The notes under the pieces are model-generated. The model was not told the DNA's origin. It did not search any database and saw only the letters and a list, made by a program, of their open reading frames with translations. The position numbers and the translations under genes were made by a program. From Opitutaceae bacterium (GTDB lineage Bacteria; Verrucomicrobiota; Verrucomicrobiia; Opitutales; Opitutaceae), in contig DAOQKI010000002.1 of NCBI GenBank assembly GCA_035334485.1, forward strand, positions 7,511 to 71,510: 64,000 nucleotides of DNA, in the 5' to 3' direction. How positions within the stretch are numbered: position 1 is the first letter of the stretch; each line of letters opens with the position of its first letter. Below, piece after piece: positions 26,405 through 36,547 of the stretch.

Positions 26405-27264
26405 AGCTGCAGGTCCACCATCGCACCCACTACGCCTACGGCACCCCGGTCCGGGACAGCTTCAACGAGGCCCGCCTCCAGCCGACGACGGCGGACGGCC
26501 AGGTCTGCCACAGCTTCGTGCTGAAGGTGCTGCCACCCACGCGGCTCACCCACTACCTCGATTTCCAGTTCAACTACGTCCACCTCTTTGACCTCACCGA
26601 GCCGCACGCCGCGCTGACCGTTGACGCCACGTCGATCGTCTCGACCGCCAGCCGGGCCCTGCCGGCCGGCCAAGCGACCCTGCCGCTGGCCGAGATGGAA
26701 CGCGCCTGCGGGCACCTCGAGCGCTGCCACGACTTCCTGCAGCCGAGCCGGTTTGCCGATCCCAGTCCCGAGGCCCGCGCGCTGGGTGAGGCCGCCGCCG
26801 CGGGCCGCAGCGACGCCTGGGCGGTGGCGCAGGCCGTGATGGCGCAGGTGCACCGCGAGTTCGCCTACATGCCGGCCGCGACCCACGTGCACACGCACAT
26901 GCGCGACGTGCTGCGGCTGCGGCGCGGGGTCTGCCAGGACTTCGCCCACGTGATGATCGGCGCGTGCCGCGCGTTGCGGATCCCCTGCCGGTACGCGAGC
27001 GGCTACCTCTACAACGGCCCCGCCGACCAGCTGCGCGGCGCGCAGGCCAGCCACGCGTGGGTCGAGGTATACCTGCCGGAGCTGGGCTGGCGTGGACTCG
27101 ACCCGACCAACAATTCCCAGCCCGATGAGCGCTACGTGAAGGTCGCGGTCGGCCGCGACTACGGCGATGTGCCGCCGATCAAGGGCACCTACCGGGGAAC
27201 CGGTGAGCACAAGATGACCGTCGAGGTCCTGGTCACCGCCCTCGACCCGGTGCCGGTCGCGTGA
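26401..27264 (+). CDS. transglutaminase-like cysteine peptidase family protein (Bact_transglu_N + core)
   Basis: The ATG at 26401 overlaps the alpha-E stop (ATGA). 287 aa starting MKLQVHHRTHYAY. Catalytic Cys context GVCQDFAHVM, then HAWVEVY and DPTN. Confidence 0.85.
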   Translation: MKLQVHHRTHYAYGTPVRDSFNEARLQPTTADGQVCHSFVLKVLPPTRLTHYLDFQFNYVHLFDLTEPHAALTVDATSIVSTASRALPAGQATLPLAEMERACGHLERCHDFLQPSRFADPSPEARALGEAAAAGRSDAWAVAQAVMAQVHREFAYMPAATHVHTHMRDVLRLRRGVCQDFAHVMIGACRALRIPCRYASGYLYNGPADQLRGAQASHAWVEVYLPELGWRGLDPTNNSQPDERYVKVAVGRDYGDVPPIKGTYRGTGEHKMTVEVLVTALDPVPVA

Positions 27265-27325
27265 ACCACGTTTCCAGCTCGCCACGGGCTCCCGGCTCGC
27301 CAGCGTTCCGTCACCTTACCTTGCC

Positions 27326-28516
27326 ATGACGGATACCCCTGCCGCCATTGCAGCCCCGGCGTCGCCCGCGCGCCTGGAGTCTGTCGACCTCCTGCGCGGC
27401 CTCGTCATGGTCGTGATGGCCATTGATCACGTCCGGGACTTCCTCCACTTCGGCGCGATCCAAGGCGTCGACCCGCTGGACCTGACCCGGACCACCGGGG
27501 CGGTTTTCCTCACGCGCTGGATCACCCATTTCTGCGCGCCGATCTTCTCGTTCCTGGCCGGGACAGGCGTGTGCTTCGCGCTGGCGCGGGGCAAGAGTCG
27601 GGCGGAGATGAGCTGGTTCCTCATCACGCGCGGCGCGTGGCTGATCGTCCTCGAGCTGACGCTGCTGATGTGGTTCGGCTGGATGTTCAAGATCACGCTG
27701 GATTTCTACGTGCTGGCGACCCTGTGGTCGCTCGGCTGGTCGATGATCGTGCTGGCGGGCCTGATCTGGCTGCCGACGGGGCTGGTGGCGGCGCTGGGCC
27801 TGGCGCTGGTGCTGCTGCATAACGCGTTCGACGGCGTGGCGCCGGCGGCCTGGGGAGCGTGGGCGCCGCTGTGGCAGGTGCTGCACGCGGGCGGTTTCTT
27901 CGACCTCGGCCGGATCCATTTCTGGGCCTTCTACCCGCTGATCCCGTGGCCGGGCGTGATGGCGCTCGGCTATGTCTTCGGCTCGCTGTACCGGCTCGAC
28001 AGCGCGGCCCGCCGACGCCGGCTGTGGCAGCTCGGCTTCGGGCTGACGGCGGCGTTCGTGGTGCTGCGAGCGACCAACCTGTACGGCAACCCGACGCACT
28101 GGGCGCACCAGGGCAGCGGGCTGTTCACGGTGCTGTCCTTCCTCAACTGCGCCAAGTACCCGCCGTCGCTGCTCTACCTCCTGATGGCGCTCGGTCCGGC
28201 GTGCCTGCCGCTCGCGTGGTGGGACGGCGGCACGCCCTCGTGGCTGCGGCCGCTGCTCGCGTACGGGCGAGTGCCGATGTTCTATTACGTGATCCACATC
28301 CCGCTCATCCACGCGATCGCCTGGGTCTGGGCGAAGGCGAGCTTCGGTCGGGCCGATTTCCTCCTGCTCGCCGAAAATTCGCCGCCCAATGCCGGCTTCG
28401 GCCTGCTGGTCGTCTACGGAGTGTGGGCCGCGGTCGTGCTGGCGCTGTACCTGCCCTGCCGCTGGTTCGCCGACGTGAAGCGCCGCCGGCGCGAGGCGTG
28501 GCTGAGCTACTTCTGA
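27326..28516 (+). CDS. DUF1624 / heparan-alpha-glucosaminide N-acetyltransferase-like membrane protein
   Basis: 396 aa. The N-terminal RLESVDLLRGLVMVVMAIDHVRDF block and about 10 TM segments. Confidence 0.75.
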   Translation: MTDTPAAIAAPASPARLESVDLLRGLVMVVMAIDHVRDFLHFGAIQGVDPLDLTRTTGAVFLTRWITHFCAPIFSFLAGTGVCFALARGKSRAEMSWFLITRGAWLIVLELTLLMWFGWMFKITLDFYVLATLWSLGWSMIVLAGLIWLPTGLVAALGLALVLLHNAFDGVAPAAWGAWAPLWQVLHAGGFFDLGRIHFWAFYPLIPWPGVMALGYVFGSLYRLDSAARRRRLWQLGFGLTAAFVVLRATNLYGNPTHWAHQGSGLFTVLSFLNCAKYPPSLLYLLMALGPACLPLAWWDGGTPSWLRPLLAYGRVPMFYYVIHIPLIHAIAWVWAKASFGRADFLLLAENSPPNAGFGLLVVYGVWAAVVLALYLPCRWFADVKRRRREAWLSYF

Positions 28517-28525
28517 GCGAGGTGA

Positions 28526-28555
28526 GTTGAAGGTTGAAGGCTGAGAGTTGAAAGG
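28526..28555. repeat. tandem heptamer array GTTGAAG-type (about 4 units)
   Basis: GTTGAAG GTTGAAG GCTGAGA GTTGAAA GG read directly, starting 10 nt after the DUF1624 stop. Confidence 0.7.
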
Positions 28556-28579
28556 CGGAGGCATACGGCCATCCGCCTT
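28552..28579. terminator. hairpin between convergent genes (terminator candidate)
   Basis: AAGGCGGA-ggcatacggcca-TCCGCCTT, between the DUF1624 gene (end 28516) and the UDP-glucuronate decarboxylase gene (end 28612). Confidence 0.5.
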
Positions 28580-28611
28580 CAGCCGGACGCAATCAACCGT
28601 TCCAGTGCGGC

Positions 28612-29538
<927 letters not shown>

Positions 29539-29653
29539 GGGAAAAATGAGAGGGAAACTCGGCCAATTGGCGAGTGCAGGAATTGGGCTCGGTCCATGCG
29601 GTCGGTCGAATTGCGCTGGCCTGAGGCGGCGGGTCTCCGCAGCCTATCCGCCG

Positions 29654-30589
29654 ATGTCCGGCACCCCTGCTCTACGGACCCCGTTTCCCGATACCGGCCG
29701 GGCCGTGCTGTTGGTCGTCGCCTACGTGTCGGCACAGGCGATCGTGGGTTTCTTCGTCGGCATGGTGGCGGCCATCGTGGGGCACGGCGACATCCCCTCG
29801 GTCGGCTCGGTCATGGGGGACGCGTGGGTGCTCCTGCTCATGCTGGTTCCCTCGGCCATGGGCATGCTGGCCCTGGGGCTGTACCTGGCGCGGGAAACGC
29901 CGGCGCAGTTTTTTCGGCTGCGCCCGTTTCCCGTGGCCCTGGTGCCGGCGATAGTGGTGACCGCCGTAGGCGCCTCGTTCGTGCTGATCGAGGTCGACAA
30001 CGCCATCTGTCACGTGCTGGCCCTGGCGCTCGCCCCGAAGAAGCTGCCGCCGGACCTGCTCGACATGGCCGCCGCGCCAGTCGGGGCCTTTGTCCTGGCG
30101 GTGGTGGCGGCGCCGTGGCTGGAGGAGTATTTCTTCCGCGGGCTCATCCTGCGCGGGCTGCTGGCGCGCCATCGCACGAGCGCGGCGGTGATCCTGAACG
30201 CGGTTCTGTTCGGCCTGATGCACGCCAACTTCCGCCAGTTCGTGCTCGGCACCGTGATCGGGTTGATCTTCGGCTGGTGGTACGCCCGCACCCGCTCGGT
30301 CGCGCCCGGCATCGTGGGTCACATGGTGTTCAACTCCACCTCCTGGGTGGCGGCGCAATGGCCGGTGCTCGCGACGTTGGGATTGGGCCGGCAGGACGGC
30401 GTGGTCCGACACGAACCGTGGTGGCTCTTCCTGGGCGGCGCGGGACTGCTGGCGGGCGGCCTGCTGCTCTTCCATCGCCTCTGCCCCAGCCTGCCGCCGC
30501 CCGAGCCAAGCCCGGAACTTCCTCCAACGGACGAACCGCCTCTGCTCGACCAGCCGCCGCTGCTAGCGTCACCGCCGCCAAGCCTCTGA
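29654..30589 (+). CDS. CPBP family intramembrane glutamic endopeptidase (CAAX protease-like) with Pro-rich tail
   Basis: ATG at 29654. EEYFFRGL and FGLMH motifs, multiple TM segments, C-terminal LPPPEPSPELPPTDEPPLL. Confidence 0.8.
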   Translation: MSGTPALRTPFPDTGRAVLLVVAYVSAQAIVGFFVGMVAAIVGHGDIPSVGSVMGDAWVLLLMLVPSAMGMLALGLYLARETPAQFFRLRPFPVALVPAIVVTAVGASFVLIEVDNAICHVLALALAPKKLPPDLLDMAAAPVGAFVLAVVAAPWLEEYFFRGLILRGLLARHRTSAAVILNAVLFGLMHANFRQFVLGTVIGLIFGWWYARTRSVAPGIVGHMVFNSTSWVAAQWPVLATLGLGRQDGVVRHEPWWLFLGGAGLLAGGLLLFHRLCPSLPPPEPSPELPPTDEPPLLDQPPLLASPPPSL

Positions 30590-30615
30590 CCGCGCCCCGT
30601 TGTGCCGGCCAGACC

Positions 30616-30648
30616 ATTCCGGAATCCGGATTCCGGAATCCGGAATTT
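30616..30648. repeat. self-complementary heptamer array (A/T)TCCGGA x about 4
   Basis: ATTCCGGAATCCGGATTCCGGAATCCGGAATTT, in the 64-nt gap between the convergent CPBP and tgt genes. Confidence 0.7.
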
Positions 30649-30653
30649 GCAAT

Positions 30654-31805
<1,152 letters not shown>

Positions 31806-31810
31806 GGCAG

Positions 31811-31989
31811 ATTGCGGATTGCGAATCGCGGATTGCGGATTGGGGAGCCAGCGGGCGGTTTTGGCAAGGGAGGAGGTACGGAGCCATAGGCCAAATGGCC
31901 TGCTGGCAGGGCAATTGCGGATTTGCCACTCGATGGGTTCCCTGTTCCCTTGGGCAATCCGCCATTCGCGATCCGCAATCCGCAATTCC
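31811..31989. repeat. inverted heptamer arrays ATTGCGG / CCGCAAT flanking a divergent promoter region
   Basis: Left arm 31811-31843 is ATTGCGGATTGCGAATCGCGGATTGCGGATTGG. Right arm 31955-31989 is CAATCCGCCATTCGCGATCCGCAATCCGCAATTCC. An extra partial unit occurs at 31912-31927. Confidence 0.85.
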
Positions 31990-31994
31990 AAGCC

Positions 31995-32561
31995 GTGCTG
32001 CTCGTCATCGACAACTACGACTCGTTCACCTTCAACCTCGTCCAGTATTTTGGGCAACTGGGGGTGACGCAGCGCGTTTTCCGCAACAACGAGATCACGC
32101 CGGCCGAGGCGCTCGCCCTGAAGCCGGACCGGGTGCTGCTCTCGCCGGGTCCCTGCTCGCCCAAGGAGGCGGGGGTGACGCTGGACATCATCAAGGCCTT
32201 TGCCGGGGTGAAACCGATCTTCGGCGTCTGCCTGGGTCACCAATCGATCGGGCATTACTTCGGCGGCAAGGTGGTGCGGGCGTCGCGCCTCATGCACGGC
32301 AAGACCTCGCCGATCCGGCACAAGGACACCGACGTTTTCCAGGGACTGCCGCAGGGCTTCCAAGCCACGCGGTACCACTCGCTGCTGGTAGAGCGCGAGA
32401 CCTTCCCGGCCGAGCTGGAGATCACCGCGGAAACAGCCGAGGGCGAGGTTATGGGCCTCCGCCACCGGACCCTCCCCATCTGGGGCGTGCAGTTCCACCC
32501 CGAATCCATCGCGACCGAAGGGGGAATGAGGATTCTGCAGAACTTTCTGACGCTGAACTGA
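31995..32561 (+). CDS. trpG: glutamine amidotransferase subunit of anthranilate / aminodeoxychorismate synthase
   Basis: Probable GTG start at 31995: (V)[27 protein letters not shown] nucleophile elbow and FHPES. trpG versus pabA cannot be resolved from sequence alone. Confidence 0.88.
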   Translation: MLLVIDNYDSFTFNLVQYFGQLGVTQRVFRNNEITPAEALALKPDRVLLSPGPCSPKEAGVTLDIIKAFAGVKPIFGVCLGHQSIGHYFGGKVVRASRLMHGKTSPIRHKDTDVFQGLPQGFQATRYHSLLVERETFPAELEITAETAEGEVMGLRHRTLPIWGVQFHPESIATEGGMRILQNFLTLN

Positions 32562-32570
32562 TCCCAACCT

Positions 32571-32695
32571 GTAGCTGGTAGTTAGTAGCTGGTAGCTAGC
32601 ATCAAATCCCAAAGTCTAGGACCTCCTCACAAATTTCGCTGTCTTCCTCACGGCTCCCTCATCCTACCAGCTACCATCTACTAGCTACTATCTAC
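32571..32695. repeat. inverted heptamer arrays GTAGCTG/GTAGTTA and complement
   Basis: Left arm 32571-32600 is GTAGCTGGTAGTTAGTAGCTGGTAGCTAGC. Right arm 32664-32695 is CTACCAGCTACCATCTACTAGCTACTATCTAC. The 63-nt centre is comparatively AT-rich. Confidence 0.85.
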
Positions 32696-32705
32696 GCCTC
32701 CACCC

Positions 32706-33164
32706 ATGCGCTGCCCGAAATGCACCTCCATTGAGGACAAGGTCATCGACTCCCGGATCTCGAAGGAAGGCTCGACGATCCGCCGCCGGCGCGAATGCCT
32801 CGAGTGCGGCCATCGCTTCACGACGACGGAGGGGTTGGTCCGGGACGGCATGGTGGTGATCAAGCGCGACGGCCGGCGCGAGGAGTTTTCCCGCGAGAAG
32901 CTGCTCCACGCGGTGCGCGCCGCCTGCCACAAGCGCCCGGTCGACGCCGAGCAGATCGGCATGCTGCTGGAGGACGTGATCGACGTGCTGGAGGCCCAGT
33001 ACGAGAGCGAGATTCCCTCCGCGGCGATCGGCGACGCGGTCATGCAGCGCCTCAAGGCCGTGGACCAGGTGGCCTACGTGCGCTTCGCGAGCGTGTACAA
33101 GGAATTCCGGGACGTGACGGAGTTCATGACCGAGATCAGCGCGCTGTCCAAGAAGCCGAAATGA
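32706..33164 (+). CDS. nrdR: transcriptional repressor NrdR (zinc ribbon + ATP-cone)
   Basis: MRCPKCTSIEDKVIDSRISKEGSTIRRRRECLECGHRFTTTE followed by an ATP-cone (VIKRDGRREEFSREKL...). Confidence 0.97.
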   Translation: MRCPKCTSIEDKVIDSRISKEGSTIRRRRECLECGHRFTTTEGLVRDGMVVIKRDGRREEFSREKLLHAVRAACHKRPVDAEQIGMLLEDVIDVLEAQYESEIPSAAIGDAVMQRLKAVDQVAYVRFASVYKEFRDVTEFMTEISALSKKPK

Positions 33165-33664
33165 GCCGCGACCGCGCCGACCTGCGCCGCCTCCACTTCA
33201 TCAACGCGTTGTTCGCGCACGCGACCGGTCACGACCTCTATCTCGCGGAGCAGATCAAGCAGGCCATCACGTTCAGCCTCTCCGACCTGGCGGCCCAGAC
33301 TGCCGCCCATCCGGATTACGCCGCGAGATTCGACACGGAGTTCAACGCGGCGGCCGCCCTGCTCATGGCCCGGCTGTTCTCGCATCTGCCGCGCCGGGGC
33401 TTCTACCACTGGGACGCCGCACTGACGCCCGAGGCCGCGACCCCGCTGTTCGCCCGCGCCGAGCTGATGGCGGGGCTGCGACACCTGGCCCGCTTCCGGG
33501 AATCGACGCTGCTGGTGACCAATCTCCGTCCCGCGCTGATCCCGCCCGAGCGCCGCGCCACGCCCCGCCGTCGCCGCGACTACGAGGACGCGCTGGCGTT
33601 CATCCAGGACCTCACCGCCGCCCGAACGACCCGCGCGGCGGAGCTGCAGCTGTTGTTTTTGTAG
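33161..33664 (+). CDS. hypothetical helical protein translationally coupled to nrdR
   Basis: The ATG at 33161 overlaps the nrdR stop (ATGA). 167 aa with GC3-rich codon usage throughout and no motif I recognise. Confidence 0.6.
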   Translation: MSRDRADLRRLHFINALFAHATGHDLYLAEQIKQAITFSLSDLAAQTAAHPDYAARFDTEFNAAAALLMARLFSHLPRRGFYHWDAALTPEAATPLFARAELMAGLRHLARFRESTLLVTNLRPALIPPERRATPRRRRDYEDALAFIQDLTAARTTRAAELQLLFL

Positions 33665-33804
33665 TAGCGAGTAGCGCGTAGCGGGTAGCGAGCATGTGGC
33701 GAGGCTTGCGGGAAGGACGGCTAGGACCGTCGTTGCCACCCAGCCGAATTCGATCACGCTGCTGCCTGCCTACTCGCTACGCGCTACCCGCTACTCGCTA
33801 CTCC
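33661..33804. repeat. inverted heptamer arrays GTAGCG(A/C/G) and complement
   Basis: Left arm 33661-33692 is GTAGTAGCGAGTAGCGCGTAGCGGGTAGCGAG and begins in the stop codon of the upstream gene. Right arm 33770-33804 is CTACTCGCTACGCGCTACCCGCTACTCGCTACTCC and ends 4 nt before the HIT start codon. Confidence 0.9.
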
Positions 33805-33808
33805 AAAA

Positions 33809-34147
33809 ATGAAGACCATCTTCCAGAAAATCATCGCCCGGGAGATTCCGGCCAAGATCGAGCATGAGGATGAGCATTGCGTGGTGATCCACGACATCCA
33901 GCCCCAGGCGCCCGTGCACATGCTCGTGATCCCGAAGCGGCTCGTGGCCCGGCTGAGCGAGGCGCGGCCGGACGACCAGCCGCTGCTGGGTCACCTGCTG
34001 CTCACCGCCGGCAAGGTCGCGCGGAAGCTCCAGCTCACCGAGGGTTACCGCATCGTGATCAACAACGGTCCGTTCGGCGGCGAGTCCGTGCCGCACCTGC
34101 ACGTCCACGTGCTCGGCCGGCGCCAGCTGACGTGGCCGCCGGGATGA
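33809..34147 (+). CDS. histidine triad (HIT) family nucleotide-binding protein
   Basis: 112 aa. IF.KII..EIPA, and the HLHVHVLG histidine triad. Confidence 0.93.
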   Translation: MKTIFQKIIAREIPAKIEHEDEHCVVIHDIQPQAPVHMLVIPKRLVARLSEARPDDQPLLGHLLLTAGKVARKLQLTEGYRIVINNGPFGGESVPHLHVHVLGRRQLTWPPG

Positions 34148-34160
34148 GCCGCGGACGCGG

Positions 34161-34253
34161 CTGGAGAATCGGAGATTGGAGTTGGGAGATGGAATACCCG
34201 CAGACCGCTGCCGGGGTATTCCAGCTTCCAGCTCCCAGCACCTAACTTCCACT
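34161..34253. repeat. inverted arrays of GGAG(A/T)TGG-type units around a GGAATACCC/GGGTATTCC stem
   Basis: Left arm is CTGGAGAATCGGAGATTGGAGTTGGGAGATGGAATACCCG. Right arm is CGGGGTATTCCAGCTTCCAGCTCCCAGCACCTAACTTCCAC. It lies between the convergent HIT and decarboxylase genes. Confidence 0.8.
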
Positions 34254-34275
34254 TGCCGGCGGCGCGAGGCGCCGC

Positions 34276-35535
34276 CTAGCGCAGGCCTGGGTAGTCGAGG
34301 GTGCCGAAGTGGTCGGCGAGGGTCTCGGCGCGGCGGATCAGACGGTAGTTGGTGCCGCCCTGCCAGAGGACCTCGGCGGAGCGGAGCTTGCCGTTGTAAT
34401 TGAAGCCCATCGCGTGGCCGTGGGCGCCGGTGTCGTGGATCACGAGCAGGTCGCCAATCGCGGGATCGGCAATCTCGCGGTCGACGGCGAACTTGTCGTT
34501 GTTCTCACACAGGGAGCCGGTGACGTCGTAGACCTTGCGCGGGCCGTTTTCCTTCCCGGGCACCGTGATGTGGTGGTACGAGCCGTACATGCCCGGACGC
34601 ATCAGGTTGGCCATGCAGGCGTCGAGCCCGACGTAGTCCTTGTAGATCGCCTTCTTGTGGAGGACGCGCGTGACGAGGTAACCGTAGGGTCCCGTGATCA
34701 TGCGGCCGCACTCCATCGCGATCCGCATCGGCCCGAGCCCGGCGGCGACGATGGTGCGCTCGTAGACCTCGCGGATGCGGCCGCCCAGCGCTGCCAGGTC
34801 GACCGCGGTCTGGTTCGGGCGGTACGGGATGCCGATGCCACCGCCGAGGTTGACGTACTCGAAGCGGATGCCGAGCTCGCGGCTCAGCTCCACGACGAGG
34901 GTGAACAGCATCTGGGCGGTCTCGACGAAGTAATCGGGATTGAGCTCGTTCGACGCGACCATCGTGTGGAGGCCGAAGCGCTTCACGCCCTTGTCGCGGA
35001 TCATCCGGTAGCCCTCGAACAGCTGCTCGCGGGTGAAGCCGTACTTGGCCTCCTCGGGCTTGCCGATGATGGCGTTGCCGGCCTTGAGCGGGCCGGGGTT
35101 GTAGCGGAAGCACAGCATCTCGGGCAGCTTCCCGCCAAGGCTCTGCTCGAGGAAGGCGATGTGGCTGATGTCGTCGAGGTTGATCAGCGCACCGAGCTGG
35201 TGGGCCTTCTGGTACTCGTAGGCCGGCGTGTCGTTCGACGTGAAGACGATCTGGTGGCCCTTGATGCCGACCGCCTCGCAGAGGCGGAGCTCGGCCAGGG
35301 ACGAGCAGTCGCCGCCGAGGCCTTCCTGCTTGAGCACCTCGAGCACGTACGGGTTCGGCAGGGCCTTCACCGCGTAGTGGTTCATGAACCCACCCGGCAC
35401 CCACGAGAACGCCTGGTAAAACGCGCGGGCGTTCCGGCGCATCGCCGCCTCATCGTAGAGGTGGAAGGGCGTCGGCACCTGGGCGGTGATGGCCTCGAGT
35501 TGTTCCTTGGTGAACGGGAGCGATTTGGTCGTCAC
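34276..35535 (-). CDS. lysA: PLP-dependent Orn/DAP/Arg decarboxylase family 2 enzyme, diaminopimelate decarboxylase-like
   Basis: The track start at 35559 is a TTG. I prefer the GTG at 35535-35533: (V)TTKSLPFTKEQLEAI..PTPFHLYDE. PLP-Lys context HYAVKALPN, GGGIGIPY, GSLCENNDKF. Substrate assignment is moderate. Confidence 0.7.
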   Translation of the reverse strand: MTTKSLPFTKEQLEAITAQVPTPFHLYDEAAMRRNARAFYQAFSWVPGGFMNHYAVKALPNPYVLEVLKQEGLGGDCSSLAELRLCEAVGIKGHQIVFTSNDTPAYEYQKAHQLGALINLDDISHIAFLEQSLGGKLPEMLCFRYNPGPLKAGNAIIGKPEEAKYGFTREQLFEGYRMIRDKGVKRFGLHTMVASNELNPDYFVETAQMLFTLVVELSRELGIRFEYVNLGGGIGIPYRPNQTAVDLAALGGRIREVYERTIVAAGLGPMRIAMECGRMITGPYGYLVTRVLHKKAIYKDYVGLDACMANLMRPGMYGSYHHITVPGKENGPRKVYDVTGSLCENNDKFAVDREIADPAIGDLLVIHDTGAHGHAMGFNYNGKLRSAEVLWQGGTNYRLIRRAETLADHFGTLDYPGLR

Positions 35536-35590
35536 GGCGAAAGGCGCGAAAAAAGGCAAAGCAATCCCCCGGTGTCAACCGTGCGCCCCG

Positions 35591-36430
35591 TCAGGCCCCG
35601 GGCCGGTGCCGCTGACGGTAGCCCCGGGCGTCGAGCCCGGTGAAGTGGCGGAAGACCCGGGCGAAGTACTGGCTGGAGCTGAAGCCGCAGGCGAGGGCGA
35701 TGTCGGTGATGGAGGCCTCGGTCTCCTTGAGCGCCAGCTTGGCCCGGTCGATCCGCAGGCGGTTGACCAACACGAGGGGGCTGTCGCCGGTCAGGCGACG
35801 GCACAGGGTGGCAAATCGTGAACGTCCGAGCCCGCACTGTCCGGCCATCTCCTCAAGGGACCACGTGTCCGGGCTGCGCTCCCGCAGCCGCCCGATGAAG
35901 TCGGCCACCCGGCGCTCGGACGCCGCCGCGGCGCCGTCGGCCGGCCCGGCCTCGATGCTGCGCACCAGCTCGAACACCGCCAGCCGCACCAGGGCGTGGC
36001 AGTAGCTCGGGCTGTGGGCGCCGGGATGGGCCAGCTCCTCGACGATGACGGGCAGCAGCCAGCGCATGCGCGAGGTCGCCGGGTAGCAATGCCTTCCGCA
36101 GCGGGTCAGGAGCCCGCTGATGCGCCGCGCCTCGGTGGCGCTAATCCCGAAGGCCGGGTGGAACCCGAACGACGCGCGCGGCCGGCGCAGCCCACCGTCG
36201 AGGCCGATCTGGACCCATTGCCAGTGGTGGCCCGGCTCGAACTCGTCGACGCTCCCGTGCTCCTGCCACGGCAGCGAGAAATACACCGAGCCGGCCGTGA
36301 CCCGCTCGACGCGGCCCTCGACGTGCCAGTTGAGCGCGCCCTTCTCGAGCAGGATGATCTCGAGGCCGTGGTCGCGGTGCGTCGGGAGGGTGCGGGCGCT
36401 GCCGCGGCCGAAGCGCGGGATGCTCTTCAT
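35591..36430 (-). CDS. AraC family transcriptional regulator (cupin + HTH)
   Basis: Track ORF is 35591..37195; ATG at 36430-36428 (MKSIPRFGRG...), 279 aa. C-terminal HTH ...SRFATLCRRLTGDSPLVLVNRLRIDRAKLAL...CGFSSSQYFARVFRHFTGLDARGYR. Divergent from PhyH copy 3. Confidence 0.88.
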   Translation of the reverse strand: MKSIPRFGRGSARTLPTHRDHGLEIILLEKGALNWHVEGRVERVTAGSVYFSLPWQEHGSVDEFEPGHHWQWVQIGLDGGLRRPRASFGFHPAFGISATEARRISGLLTRCGRHCYPATSRMRWLLPVIVEELAHPGAHSPSYCHALVRLAVFELVRSIEAGPADGAAAASERRVADFIGRLRERSPDTWSLEEMAGQCGLGRSRFATLCRRLTGDSPLVLVNRLRIDRAKLALKETEASITDIALACGFSSSQYFARVFRHFTGLDARGYRQRHRPGA

Positions 36431-36547
36431 CGATGTGCACGATTTGCCACTGCCCAACGCTGGACGCAAGCCGGGGCCGCGGCTGCTAGACTGGCCGCGA
36501 CAACCCACCCGGGCTGTCGGCTCTCCGGAGCCGCTTGAACCCACCCC

